DNA of 64,000 bases from a virus (lineage: Duplodnaviria; Caudoviricetes). This document shows positions 8,058-20,200 of the stretch, piece after piece (position 1 is the stretch's first letter; each line of letters starts with the position of its first letter). Position numbers and translations under genes: made by a program. Location of the stretch: the IMG/VR virus record IMGVR_UViG_3300033076_000638, positions 2,887 through 66,886 of that record, one strand, 5' to 3'. The notes beneath the pieces are model-generated. The model was not told where the DNA came from and did no database searches. It saw only the letters and a list, made by a program, of their open reading frames with translations.

Positions 8058-10879
8058 TAGTAAATAACAATAAGACCTCTTTACTGGCAACACAACAGTT
8101 GCCAGAATTTGTCAGGGATAATCCAGACTACGCCAACTTTTCTTTGTTTCTCAAGGCTTACTATGAGTGGATGGAACAAACAGGTCAAGTTACAGAAGGT
8201 TCTAAGAACCTTTTGTCATATAAGGACGTGGATAGAACTGCAAATAATTTCTTGCAGTATTTCACCAACGATTTTCTACCAAACTTTCCAAAAGAATCTC
8301 TGATTGATGAAAGACAGGCAATAAAAGTCGCCAAACAGTTGTACAATTCTAAAGGTACACCTGCATCATATGAGTTCTTGTTTAAGATACTTTTTAACTC
8401 TGAGTTCAATTACTTCAATACAAAAGATGCCGTATTCAAGGCATCAGACGGTATTTGGTATGTTGCCAAGAGTTTGAAACTGAACACACAAGATGAACGT
8501 TTCTTACAGGTGGACAACTACCGAATTATTGGTGAAACAACAAAATCTATTGCAACAATCGAAAACACAGTTGTTTCTGGTAATAAGATTGACGTTTTCA
8601 TTTCAAATATTGAACGTGTGTTTCAGTCAGGTGAATTTGTACGTGTCGTAGACAATAACAATCAAGATGTTATTATTGATGGTTCAAACCTTAGAGCAAA
8701 GGTTGTGGGTCAAGTCAGTCAACTCAAAATTGATGCAAAAGCCAGAGGTCTTTTATATAAGGTTGGTGATCCAGTAATCATATACAATGGTCTAAGTTCA
8801 AACACAGGCATCGAAGCAACTGCTGAAGTTTCTGCAACAACAAGAGGTTCTATTCAACGTATCAACGTTGTAAATGGTGGTTATGGTTACACATACACAC
8901 CAAATACCGTAATTGATATTACAGGTGATGGACTTGGTGCTAAGGCAGTTGTAGGTTCTTTTGATCCAGACCTACGTAAGAGAGCAAACGTTACATTTGC
9001 ACCAACAAGTTCTATAACATTGGCCAGATTCACAACGATTGGTAATACAAACTATTCTTTCTTACAGAATCACCCAACAGCAAATGCAAACACTTCTCTT
9101 GCAAATGCCTTTTCTTTTGCATCGTTCACAACTTACCCACTCTCATCAGTATTAGTTGAAAATGGTGGTGGTGGATTCTCTACTATACCAACAGTATCAG
9201 CAACATCGACCTATGAAAATGATACAGGTGCTTTCGATGACATTAGCAAATTGGGTATCTTGGCACCAATTCAGATTGAGAATCGTGGACATGGTTATGT
9301 TGCAAACGATAAGATTATCATTGAAGGTGGTTCTGGTGTTGGTGCCTATGCAAACGTCATTTCTGTGGCAGCAAACGGTGCCATTCTGAACGTTGCATAT
9401 GTCTACGACCACACACAGAACATTCCAACCTATCCATTGGGTGGACTTGGTTATAGAACAACAAACTTACCATCACTAAGAGTTGTATCTGCCAACAATC
9501 AGGCGGCCAATGCGGTACTATCTGTGCCAAGTATTTTAGGAACTGGTGCATCATTCTCCGTTATTGTAGACCGTGCAGGTTCTGTAACATCAATCAAGTT
9601 GTTGACCGCAGGTGAAGATTATGTAACTACACCAAATGTGTCATTGAAGGTACAAGATATTGTTGTGTCTAACGTTTCTATTTTGGATTTACCACGCAAA
9701 GGTGATGTAATATACCAAGGCAGCAACGTTGAGGTTGCATCATATCGTTCAATGGTCAACTCAGTATCATTGTTGACACCTTACAATGATCCAACACAAT
9801 CTCTGTATAACTTGCGTGTGTTCAACTACACATCCAATCCTGATCCAACTTTGAAGTTGAAGATTGACAGAAACATCAATCTAATTATGGCAAATACTGC
9901 CATAGATTCTTCTTACAATCAAAATGGTATCAAGAATTATGGTGATGGTTCAGCCAAGGCAACAGCATCTTTCTTAAATGGTTTGTCACTAAGTCAAGGT
10001 CAATACCTGAACGCACAAGGACAGCCAAGTTCTTTTAGTGTATTGCAAAGTGAAAAGTTCAACAACTACACTTACGAAATTACAGTTGAAAAAGAAATAG
10101 AGAAGTATAGAAATGTATTGAAGAACTTGATACACCCAAGTGGTATGAGAGTTATTGGTAGAATGGCCAATAAAATACCATCACAATTTGATTATCATGT
10201 GCAGAAAGCATTGTACGAATCGTATCCTTTATACCACTATGTTGGTGCAACAGGAACAACGGCAACAATCACAACAGATTTTACTAACAAGAGTAACAAC
10301 ATCATCAAGTTTAATAACCTACTTGGTGCCAACATCGCAAACATTATCTTTGCGAACTCAACTTACATTTCATTAGAGTCTGCACACGGTCCAAATGTAT
10401 CAGCCAAAGTTATTGGTGTCAACCATAGTTCCAGTACAATAACTGTCGAAGGTAATGTATGGATGACATTTGCAAACGTTGCTACAGTAACGGCAAATTC
10501 TGGTTCAAATACCATAAATATTACAAGAGTTATTACAGACTCATATAATGTTGTTAATAATGGTGCATACAGTAACACCGCATATCCATTGATGGATATT
10601 CTATATCCTGGTGATACCGTATTAGTTGCAAACAACACAGCAAAAGTAATTGGTTCAGTTGACTATGCAAACGGTAAGATTTATTTGACAAGTAATTTGT
10701 CTAGTGCAGCAAACTCTTACTTGAATGTCAGAAGAACATCATGGGTTGCAAACAGTTCATTGTCAGGTAACCAAATTAGATTATATGGACCAGTAGGAAC
10801 AACATACATACCAGAACTTATGACAGAAGATGGTAGAATAATTATAACAGAAGATGGCAGAACAATTATATTGGGGTAA
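8054..10879 (+). CDS. gp7: Baseplate wedge initiator, gp7-like
   Basis: QLPEFVRD..FLKAYYEWME, LYNSKGTPASYEFLFKILF and YRNVLKNLIHPSGM; lies between gp6 and gp8. Confidence 0.75.
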   Translation: MIVNNNKTSLLATQQLPEFVRDNPDYANFSLFLKAYYEWMEQTGQVTEGSKNLLSYKDVDRTANNFLQYFTNDFLPNFPKESLIDERQAIKVAKQLYNSKGTPASYEFLFKILFNSEFNYFNTKDAVFKASDGIWYVAKSLKLNTQDERFLQVDNYRIIGETTKSIATIENTVVSGNKIDVFISNIERVFQSGEFVRVVDNNNQDVIIDGSNLRAKVVGQVSQLKIDAKARGLLYKVGDPVIIYNGLSSNTGIEATAEVSATTRGSIQRINVVNGGYGYTYTPNTVIDITGDGLGAKAVVGSFDPDLRKRANVTFAPTSSITLARFTTIGNTNYSFLQNHPTANANTSLANAFSFASFTTYPLSSVLVENGGGGFSTIPTVSATSTYENDTGAFDDISKLGILAPIQIENRGHGYVANDKIIIEGGSGVGAYANVISVAANGAILNVAYVYDHTQNIPTYPLGGLGYRTTNLPSLRVVSANNQAANAVLSVPSILGTGASFSVIVDRAGSVTSIKLLTAGEDYVTTPNVSLKVQDIVVSNVSILDLPRKGDVIYQGSNVEVASYRSMVNSVSLLTPYNDPTQSLYNLRVFNYTSNPDPTLKLKIDRNINLIMANTAIDSSYNQNGIKNYGDGSAKATASFLNGLSLSQGQYLNAQGQPSSFSVLQSEKFNNYTYEITVEKEIEKYRNVLKNLIHPSGMRVIGRMANKIPSQFDYHVQKALYESYPLYHYVGATGTTATITTDFTNKSNNIIKFNNLLGANIANIIFANSTYISLESAHGPNVSAKVIGVNHSSSTITVEGNVWMTFANVATVTANSGSNTINITRVITDSYNVVNNGAYSNTAYPLMDILYPGDTVLVANNTAKVIGSVDYANGKIYLTSNLSSAANSYLNVRRTSWVANSSLSGNQIRLYGPVGTTYIPELMTEDGRIIITEDGRTIILG
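10823..10870 (+). repeat. Tandem 24-nt repeat encoding TEDGRIII/TEDGRTII at the gp7 C-terminus
   Basis: acagaagatggtagaataattata followed by acagaagatggcagaacaattata, 22/24 identical. Confidence 0.9.
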
Positions 10880-10882
10880 ACA

Positions 10883-12820
10883 ATGTCAACAGTAAAGATT
10901 TCGGAATTACCATTAATTACGGCACTTAATGCCAACACAGCACAGACAATATTCTTGGCTGTGGACACAATCACGGATGTAACTGGTCGATTCACCGGCA
11001 CAACACTTGCAGAAGGCTTGTATTCACACAACATATTGAATGTGGGTAACAACCACGTTGTTTTACCAAACGTGACTGCACAGTTTGCCGGTTCGTCAGA
11101 CAACTATCTACAATTGAACCTACAAAACAATAGTGGTAATGGTTCAGGTGACATTGTTATTACCGCAAACAATGGTACAGATTCAACCTACTACATTGAC
11201 ATGGGTTTGAATGGTAGTAACTACAATTATGACGGTTATACCTATGCAAAACCTTTGGACGGATATCTGATTGTTCAAGGCGATAGTTCTGCATTGCCTG
11301 GTGGTAACCTGGTGATTGGTACAACTACTCCAAACAAGAACGTTTCTATTCTATTAGGTACCACAGACGCAAGTGGTATTATGGCACAGTTCATACACAA
11401 CCAAGGGTTCAAGATGATTGGAAAGCCAATCATTTTCCAAGATGGTACAAGTCAAAATACCGCATCGGCACCTTTTGTATACAGTAACGCATCGTTCTTA
11501 CACGCAAATTCTAGTTTCACCCATGCGAACGCAGCAATTCTAAAGGCAAACGCAGCATTTATTGTTGCAAACTCTGGTGCAGCATTCGCTAACACAGTTG
11601 CTGATACTGCCGCACAGGCCATCATCAACGCAGCGACAGCAGATAGTAAGGCGGTTACTGCTGGTAACTATGCCAACTCAGCATTCTTAAAGGCAAATAC
11701 ACCACCTGCAATCGCAAACTCAGCAGCACTATATGCCAACGGTGCCTTTGCTGCAGCAAATACAGTATCATCTTATGCATATTTTGGATACACCCATGCA
11801 AACGCAGCCTTTGATAAGGCAAATACTGCACTTGCAAATGCGTCAGGAACTTTGGCTGGTAACCTAAGAGTTACAGGTAGCATAACATCAAGTAACATTT
11901 CATTGACTGGTGACGCTTCAATCTCATACAATCCATCAGCAAGTCCAGCAACATTGTTGTTTACCGCAGCAGGTTCCGGTTTCACTGGAGATGTTGGAGT
12001 TGATGGCATATTAACTGTAAGTAAGAATCTTACAATTGCAAATTCTTCTTTTGCAAATTCCCGAGCATTAGTTACAATCAGTGGTGCAACAAATGGTGCA
12101 TTTCAAACACCACCAAGCGATTTCATGTTGCACATCACAGGTAAAGATAACACAACCACTCGTTTGGTTGTAGATTCATTTGCAACATCTAATGGTCAAT
12201 TGGTATTCCCCATTTTTGGTGGCCGTGCGGCAAGAGGAAATGTGACAAATCCTTCTGCTGTGCAAACAAATGATGTGTTGACAAGATTTAGTGCTCAAGC
12301 TTTCGGTGCAACCTCATATGCATCACCAGCAACTGGTGGCACAGGTTCAATTGATTTTGTTGCAACAGAAAATCATACCGATAGTGCAAGAGGAACTTCA
12401 ATCAAGTTCTATAATATACAAGAAGGTACAAACACCAGAATAAATATTGCAACATTCAATGCAAATAATGTATCATTCTCAGGTTATGTGATGCCAGCCA
12501 AAGGTGTTGTGTATTCACCAAGAATACCTGCTGGCCCACAAACTGCAATTACTATTGATTACACAACAGATTCTGTTATCAAGGCAAACTGTGCTGCAGA
12601 TGTAACAATTTCACACACAAATTATGTTGCAGGTAAAGTTGTTGAAATGTGGTTGGTAAACACAGACAACTCCAACCACACAGTAACACACGGTTGTGCT
12701 GCGTTGCGTTCAACAAACAAATCAACTACTGCAACTATCACCGCAGGAAGTTCTATGTACTTAAAGTTCTTCAGTATTGATGGTGATAACGCAAACACAT
12801 TTGTTTCTATTATTGGTTAA
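10883..12820 (+). CDS. Baseplate-associated fibre protein with short AN-x-A repeat stalk
   Basis: N-terminus MSTVKISELP; central ANxA[FY] repeats; RAARGNVTNPSAVQTND fibre motif; beta-rich C-terminal domain. Confidence 0.7.
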   Translation: MSTVKISELPLITALNANTAQTIFLAVDTITDVTGRFTGTTLAEGLYSHNILNVGNNHVVLPNVTAQFAGSSDNYLQLNLQNNSGNGSGDIVITANNGTDSTYYIDMGLNGSNYNYDGYTYAKPLDGYLIVQGDSSALPGGNLVIGTTTPNKNVSILLGTTDASGIMAQFIHNQGFKMIGKPIIFQDGTSQNTASAPFVYSNASFLHANSSFTHANAAILKANAAFIVANSGAAFANTVADTAAQAIINAATADSKAVTAGNYANSAFLKANTPPAIANSAALYANGAFAAANTVSSYAYFGYTHANAAFDKANTALANASGTLAGNLRVTGSITSSNISLTGDASISYNPSASPATLLFTAAGSGFTGDVGVDGILTVSKNLTIANSSFANSRALVTISGATNGAFQTPPSDFMLHITGKDNTTTRLVVDSFATSNGQLVFPIFGGRAARGNVTNPSAVQTNDVLTRFSAQAFGATSYASPATGGTGSIDFVATENHTDSARGTSIKFYNIQEGTNTRINIATFNANNVSFSGYVMPAKGVVYSPRIPAGPQTAITIDYTTDSVIKANCAADVTISHTNYVAGKVVEMWLVNTDNSNHTVTHGCAALRSTNKSTTATITAGSSMYLKFFSIDGDNANTFVSIIG

Positions 12821-12826
12821 TAAATA
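12819..12826 (+). promoter_or_regulatory. Late promoter (AATAAATA) before gp8
   Basis: TAAATA core immediately upstream of ATG 12831. Confidence 0.55.
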
Positions 12827-12830
12827 AATC

Positions 12831-14210
12831 ATGGCAAATAAATCTCTTATCACATACGGCGCAAAGATTGGACAGGTAGAACAAACCTACTATGCGCCTG
12901 TTGCTGTGGTTCCACCAGCAAATACGTCCATCAGTCAGACATATTGTTTCTTATCTAAAGCAGAACCATGGCCTGATGAAGGTAATCCACCAACACCAAC
13001 ACAAGATGTTAAATCAACCAAACAGATTTTCAAGAACATTTTTGCTGTAAAACATATCACATCAAACGATATTTCACCAGTCATCAAACGTTATGACTGG
13101 ATATCAGGTACAATTTACGACCGTTACATTGATACCGTAGATATGTTTGCGTTGGATGAAAACGGAAACCCAACTAAATTTTACTATGTGAAAAATAGAT
13201 ACGACCAAGTGTTCAAGTGTTTATGGAACAATAATGGTGCAGCTTCGACAGAAGAACCATACTTTGAACCAGGTACATACAACTCAAGTAACATCTTCCA
13301 AGGTACAGACAATTACAAATGGAAGTATATGTATACGATTGATGCTGGTTCTAAACTGAAGTTTATGGACTCATCATGGTTGCCAGTACCAATCGGTAAG
13401 AACATTCCAAACCCACTAGACAACGTGGCCGGTGCAGGTAACATTGATGTTATCAACGTACTGGACGGTGGCCTTGGATATGATCCAGCAAACGCAGTTG
13501 TAACAGTTACCATTACAGGTGACGGCCAAGATGCTGCAGCAACAGCAGTTATTTCTGGTGAGGTTATCACCGATATTCTTGTGACCAATGCTGGTAGCAA
13601 TTACACATATGCAAACGTAGCAATCTCAACCTCTATTGGTTTCGGTGCAATTCTGGAATGTTCCACATCACCAGTTGGTGGCCACGGTTTCGATCCAATC
13701 TCCGAACTAGGTTGCAACCACGTTATGTTGAGTGTGGAATTTAATGGTTCTGAAAATGGTATAGTGCCAACAGACATTGACTATCACCAAGTTGGTCTTA
13801 TTGTAAACCCCACCACAAAAACATTGAGTGAAGAATTTGCGAACTATGTTCCTGCATCAGGTAACGTTTACAAAACAACAACAGACTTTATTGTGGCACC
13901 AGGTTTTGGTTCATTCACTAACGATGAACTTGTATATCAAGGTTTGGACCTTGCAACAGCATCATTTTTTGGAAGAGTTTTAAGTTTTGACCCAGCAACC
14001 AATGTGGTAAGACTTCTAAATATGACAGGTACACCAACAATCAACTCACCGTTGAAAGGTGACACATCTACAACGACAAGAACAATATTATCATACAGCG
14101 AACCTGATTTTGCATTATTCTCTGGTTACATTTCACACATTGAGAATAGAGCTGGAGTTTCTAGAAGCGCTGATGGTATAGAACAATATAAATTTGTATT
14201 AGGTTACTAA
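12831..14210 (+). CDS. gp8: Baseplate wedge subunit gp8
   Basis: VIKRYDWISGTIYDRY, YYVKNRYDQVFKCLWNNNG, DNYKWKYMYTI and PVGGHGFDPISELG. Confidence 0.9.
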   Translation: MANKSLITYGAKIGQVEQTYYAPVAVVPPANTSISQTYCFLSKAEPWPDEGNPPTPTQDVKSTKQIFKNIFAVKHITSNDISPVIKRYDWISGTIYDRYIDTVDMFALDENGNPTKFYYVKNRYDQVFKCLWNNNGAASTEEPYFEPGTYNSSNIFQGTDNYKWKYMYTIDAGSKLKFMDSSWLPVPIGKNIPNPLDNVAGAGNIDVINVLDGGLGYDPANAVVTVTITGDGQDAAATAVISGEVITDILVTNAGSNYTYANVAISTSIGFGAILECSTSPVGGHGFDPISELGCNHVMLSVEFNGSENGIVPTDIDYHQVGLIVNPTTKTLSEEFANYVPASGNVYKTTTDFIVAPGFGSFTNDELVYQGLDLATASFFGRVLSFDPATNVVRLLNMTGTPTINSPLKGDTSTTTRTILSYSEPDFALFSGYISHIENRAGVSRSADGIEQYKFVLGY

Positions 14211-14219
14211 AGGAAAAAA

Positions 14220-17200
14220 ATGGCTCTGTATTTTAACGTTGATCCTTACTACGATGATTTCGATTCAACAAAGAACTTCCATCGTATTCTTTTCAAGCCA
14301 GGATATGCGGTTCAGGCTAGAGAATTAACACAGGCACAAACCATCCTTCAAAACCAAGTTACAAAGTTTGCAGATAACATCTTCAAACAAAACTCACCTG
14401 TAACTGGTGGTCAGGTAACAACAAACTTTGATTGTTACTATATCAAACTACAATCTACCTATAATAACGTTGCAATTGATGTGACACAATGGGAAGGTCT
14501 ATTAATCCAAAACGCAACAGGTGACGTTCTTGCCCGTGTGTTGCAAGTTTCTGTACCTACTGGTACAGGTGGTGAAGGTGATCCACCAACATTGGTTGTT
14601 GCATACAAGACTGGTACACATTTCACCAACAACGATGTTATCTATGATGTAAACTCCAACCTTGCAGTTCAGGCATTGGCCAACTCTGCCACAGGTAAAT
14701 CTTCTGTTGCTTCTATTGCAGAAGGTGTGTTCTATATCGAAGGACACTTCGTACAAATACAACCACAAACAGTTATCATCGACAAGTATAGTTCTGCACC
14801 AAGCAGACGTATTGGTTTGAACATCACAGAAACCATTTACGATTATGTAAATGATGCATCATTATTGGATCCAGCAGTTGGTTCATCCAACTATCAGGCA
14901 CCAGGTGCAGACAGATATGTTATTGAATTGTCACTAGAAACTCGTCCTATCCAATTGGGTGATGACGATAACTTTGTGGAGTTGGTTCGTGTAACAGACG
15001 GTTCTGTTGCAAAACTGGTAGACGGTTCAGTATACAATGTTATTGATGACTACTTTGCGAAACGTGATTACGAAACAAACGGTGATTATGTTGTAGAAGA
15101 TTTCAAACTAACACCAAAAACAAACGAAGATACCACCAAATACACATTGTCTGTTGGTAAAGGTTTGGCATACGTACACGGTTATCGTGTAGAAAATCCA
15201 ACACCAGTAGATTTGGTATCTAATCGTGCAAGAACAACTGCAACACGTGCAAACGGTCCTGTTTATGTGGACTACGGTTCTTATGTATTGGTTGATACAG
15301 TTCGTGGTAATTCACAAGACTTCTTTGACTTCACAACTGCACAACCAGTAGATTTCCATTGCGTTAATGTAAACAACGTAAATAAAACCAACACTACAAC
15401 ATATGGTGCAACAACTGTTGCATCAGGTTACATTCGTAATTTGGTTTATAGCAGCGCATCTAATAGTGCAAACGCTAACACATACATCTATAAGGCCTAT
15501 GTTTATGGTCTACAAAACGGTGCACCTTCTGCAAATGCCACAGGTGGTTCAACAAATACAATTACTTTACCAGGAACATTCTCTGCAACAAGTAATGCAT
15601 ACGATGGTGTAAACATCACCATCACAAAAGGTACCAATGCAGGTGATACTAGAACTATTGTTGGTTACAATGGTACAAGTCGCACAGCATACCTAAATCA
15701 AAACTGGACAACAACACCAGATACAACTTCTGTATTTGTATTGAACTTTGATATCAAAGACGCAGAAGCTTTAGTGTCTGTTGATGGTAGTTTGAACGTT
15801 GTTGGTTCATCATCTGTAAGCGCACAAGGTAAATCTAACGGTGTTGGTTCTGGTGACACAGAGCTTAAGAATCCTGGTTCACCAGAACTGGTGTTCAACG
15901 TTGGTAATCCATACATTTCAACATTGTCTGACACATCATATACAACACAACAGATATGGAGAAACGTATCATTCACATCTGCTGGTGGTTCAGTAACAGC
16001 CGAAATTAATTACAGCAATGCTCTGCAAGGAATCTTCACACACTTTGGAACACCAAGTTCTACATTGAGTGATGAAACTGTCATGGAAAATTTTGTGATT
16101 GTTGTTACAGACAAAGGTTCTAATACCGTAATTAAGAATGGTGATATTGTGCCTTGGGTTTCAGCAGATAGAAGTGTAACATTGGATAGCACATCAGCTG
16201 TTGCAACGTTTGCAGCTACAGATTTGTTACCTTTCACAGCAATGATTGTTGCTAAGGTGTTTGTAGAGAACGCAGACAACACAGGTTATGTATTGAAGTC
16301 TAAGAACTTAATCGAAGCCAATACAACAACAATCAATATTGCTGGTACACAAGTCAACGTATACACATATGTTGATGATGCAGCATTGACTTCTATTGGT
16401 CAAGTTTACATTCAACACAATGGTCTTGTAACACCAGGACAAAAACAAACATTGTATCTATCAGACGTTAAACGTATTGTAAAAATCATTGATACGAAAA
16501 CATCAGGTGCAACACCAACAACTGAAATGTTGTCTAGTTCGGCATATGATATTACAAACAATTACAACTTTGACAATGGTCAAAGAGATGGTTACTATGA
16601 CCACGCATCTATCACATTGAAACCTGGTGCACCACAACCAGCAGGTAACATTCTGGTCTTGTTGGATTATTACCAACACACTGGTGGTGATGGTTACTTT
16701 GCGGTAACATCATACACAAGTTCAACTCTTCCAGAAGATTACAGAAGCATTCCATCTTACAGAAGTAATGGTGGTACTGTATACAGTCTACGTGATTGTT
16801 TAGACTTTAGACCAGCAAGACTGAACGCACAAACAGATTTCATATTCAGATTCTCTACAACAGGTACACAAAACTATGGTTTGAATTTGCCTGTTGACTT
16901 AACAACATTCGTTGGTGATTCTGAATACTATCTTGGTAGAAAAGACAAGTTGACCCTAAGTAAAGACCGTCAATTTAAGATTGTTGAAGGTTCACCATCG
17001 TTGACACCACTACCACCAACAGAACCAGATGGTTCATTGGTATTGGCCAACATCACACATGCACCTTACACAGGTTACATTCCAACAGAAGTGCCAGCAG
17101 GTTTGATTTCTGACCTATCTATCGAGAAAGTACAACACAAACGTTATACTATGCAAGATATTTCTGGTTTGGAATCCAGAATCAACAAAGTTGAGTACTA

Positions 17201-20200
17201 TACTTCATTGAATTTGTTGGAACAAAAAGCACAATCACTACAAATCTCTGACGCATATGGTCTAAACAGATTCAAAAACGGTATCTTAGTTGATGACTTC
17301 TCAAGTTATGCCGCAGCAGACACAATGAGTACAGATTATTCAGCTGCAATCAACCGTAGAGACCGTGTGTTGACCGCATCACACGCAGTTAAAAACTTCC
17401 CATTGAAGTCAACTGCATTGGTAAATAACATCGGTAAGTTGGCTGCAAACTCTGCATCATCTTTGGGTTATGAAATTGATAGTAGTGGTTTGGTAAATTA
17501 TTTCAGTCTACCATATACCACATCTAATGTTGCAACACAAAAGTTTGCATCACGCACGGTCAATGTCAACCCATTCTCATTCGTTTCTCGCCAGGGTGTT
17601 GTTGACTTGACACCTAACGTAGACACTTGGGTAGACACCAATTATGCACCTGCGTTATTGGTGGTTGATCCTAACCTACAGGTGTATAGTGAATCAAATA
17701 CTATCTCAACAATGACTGTTGGAGATTGGAAAGGTATTCCAGGTACACAAACCACATCAACACAGGTTAGTGTAACAGGTGGTGGAAATTGGCAAACAAC
17801 TACCACTACTTCAAAAACATACCAAAACCAAACACAACAAAACATTCTTGGTGCATACCAAAAGGTTGACAACACATATGCAATCAACAATGGTTACATA
17901 ACAGACATTACAGTTCTGCCTTATATCCGTCCACAACAAGTTGTTGTTCGTGGCAAAGATATGTTGTTCAACACAACTGTTAACAACTACTTCGATGATG
18001 TTAATGTTGACAAGTATGTACGTAAAGCCAACGTTATCGAATTGACTGGTGTTTCTGGTACATTTAATGAGAATGATATAATTGGTTACTATACAAGTGG
18101 TGTGTTTACACCTACTGGCCGTGTGTTGGGTGTTTACAATAAAACATCCACAACAGTAAGATTGTATGTTGCCGCTGACGGAACATCAACAACTTATACA
18201 ACAAATGGTGTTGTACAAAACGGTTTCTTTAATGCAAGTGGTACATACACATCATCTACCGCATCAGGTTCATTGAGTTCTACATCACACTTTGGTGGTC
18301 AAATTGCAAATGCACAGACAGCAACAAAGATTGTTCTTTCTGGATTGGCATCCACAACCAATGAATACTACACAGGTAATACCATCTACATCAACACTGG
18401 TGCATCTGCTGGTCATTCCGCAACAATCTCTGCATACTATGGTGCAAACCAAACAGCAGTATTGAGTTCAAGTATCACAACAGCCAATGGTGATATCTAT
18501 TCTATGGGCACATTCAAGACTGACCAAACTGGTACAGTTTATGGTGTGTTCAGTATTCCACCAAATACTTTCCATACAGGTCAACGTATTCTAAAAATTG
18601 ATGACTCAAATGGAAACTCTGGTTCTGAAACAACATTTGCACGTGGTACATTCTACTCAGAAGGTCTACACACAAATGCACAGAAATTGGACTTTGGTGC
18701 TTCACCAGCTGGTGCAAAAGGAACTTTCACTCAGACCAACTATGCAAACAATGTTCTGATTGCATCGAACACAACAAGCATTACTAACCGTTGGGATCCA
18801 GTTGCACAAACATTTATCTTCGACAAAGATAACTATCCAAATGGTTTGTTCTTGAGTTCAGCAACGTTCTTCTTCAAGACAAAACCAACATCAGATAGTT
18901 CACCAATCAATCTTTCTATTGTTGGTACACTAAATGGTTATCCGAATGGTGAAACACTGGACAACTCTATTGTTAGTTTGACACCTGAACAAGTTAACAT
19001 TTCTGATACACCACAGTATTTGGACAAGGCAACTGCAACCACATTCCAGTTCCCAGTTCCAATTTACATTCAACCTGGTGTATTGTACTCTTTCATTCTG
19101 AAAACAAATTCTAAAGAGTACACAGTTTGGACCGCATCAAATGGTGACACAGCAGTAACTTCTTCTGTGAAGAACCAACCAAGTGATCCAACACCATCTA
19201 TAATCACCAAAATTGCTGGTGCACCTTATGTTGGTGGTTTGTTCGTATCTCAGAACTCTCAAACATGGACTGCGGACCAAAACCAAAGTCTAATGTTTGT
19301 CTTGGATCGTTGTGTGTTCGATACAACTGCAACACCAACAGTACAATATGTTGTACCTAAGAAGTTGCCACAAAGAACATTGGTTGAACAAGGTGTTCAA
19401 TACTACCTAAATGCAAACAATATTTCTAGTGGAATTGATTCTATATCAAACACCAACATCTATGTAGATGCATTTAACATCACAACAACAGATTTCTTGC
19501 CAACAACAACAGCAATTAACTACACATACAACGCAACATTAGTTGGTGGTACTGCTGCTGGTACAGTAAATATCCGTCCAGGTAAGTTTGGTACTCCTTC
19601 TGCTGACGATATTTACTTGAGTGATGGTAAAGGTAAACGTATGTTGGATGCCAACAGCGGTTCTTCTTTCTCACTGTATGCTCAATTGTCAACAAATGAT
19701 AATGCAGTAAGTCCAATCATCTCCGATGCTGGTCTATCTACATACGCAATCAAGTGGAACATTAACAACTGTGAACTGTCTAACAACCTAATCACCGTGA
19801 CCAACGGTGGTAGCAGTTACAGTGCAGCGAATGCTGTAGTAACCTTCTCTGCACCAACAGGTACAGGTGGTACACAGGCATACGGTGTGGCCAACGTGGT
19901 GAATGGTGTGATTGATGCCATTTATGTAACACAACCAGGTTCTGGTTACATCACAACACCTACTGTCACAATCACCGCATCGGCCGGTGCTGCATCAGGT
20001 GCAACAGCAACTGTCGCAGGTGAAACTTCTAAAGTTGGTGGTAATGCAACTGCAAAATATGTGACCAAGAAGGTTGTATTGGATGCAGGATTCGATTCTG
20101 GTGACTTGAATGTTTACCTATCTGCATACCGTCCAGTCAACACAGACATTAATGTGTACTACAAGATTTTGAATCGCAACGATACACAACGTTTTGATGA

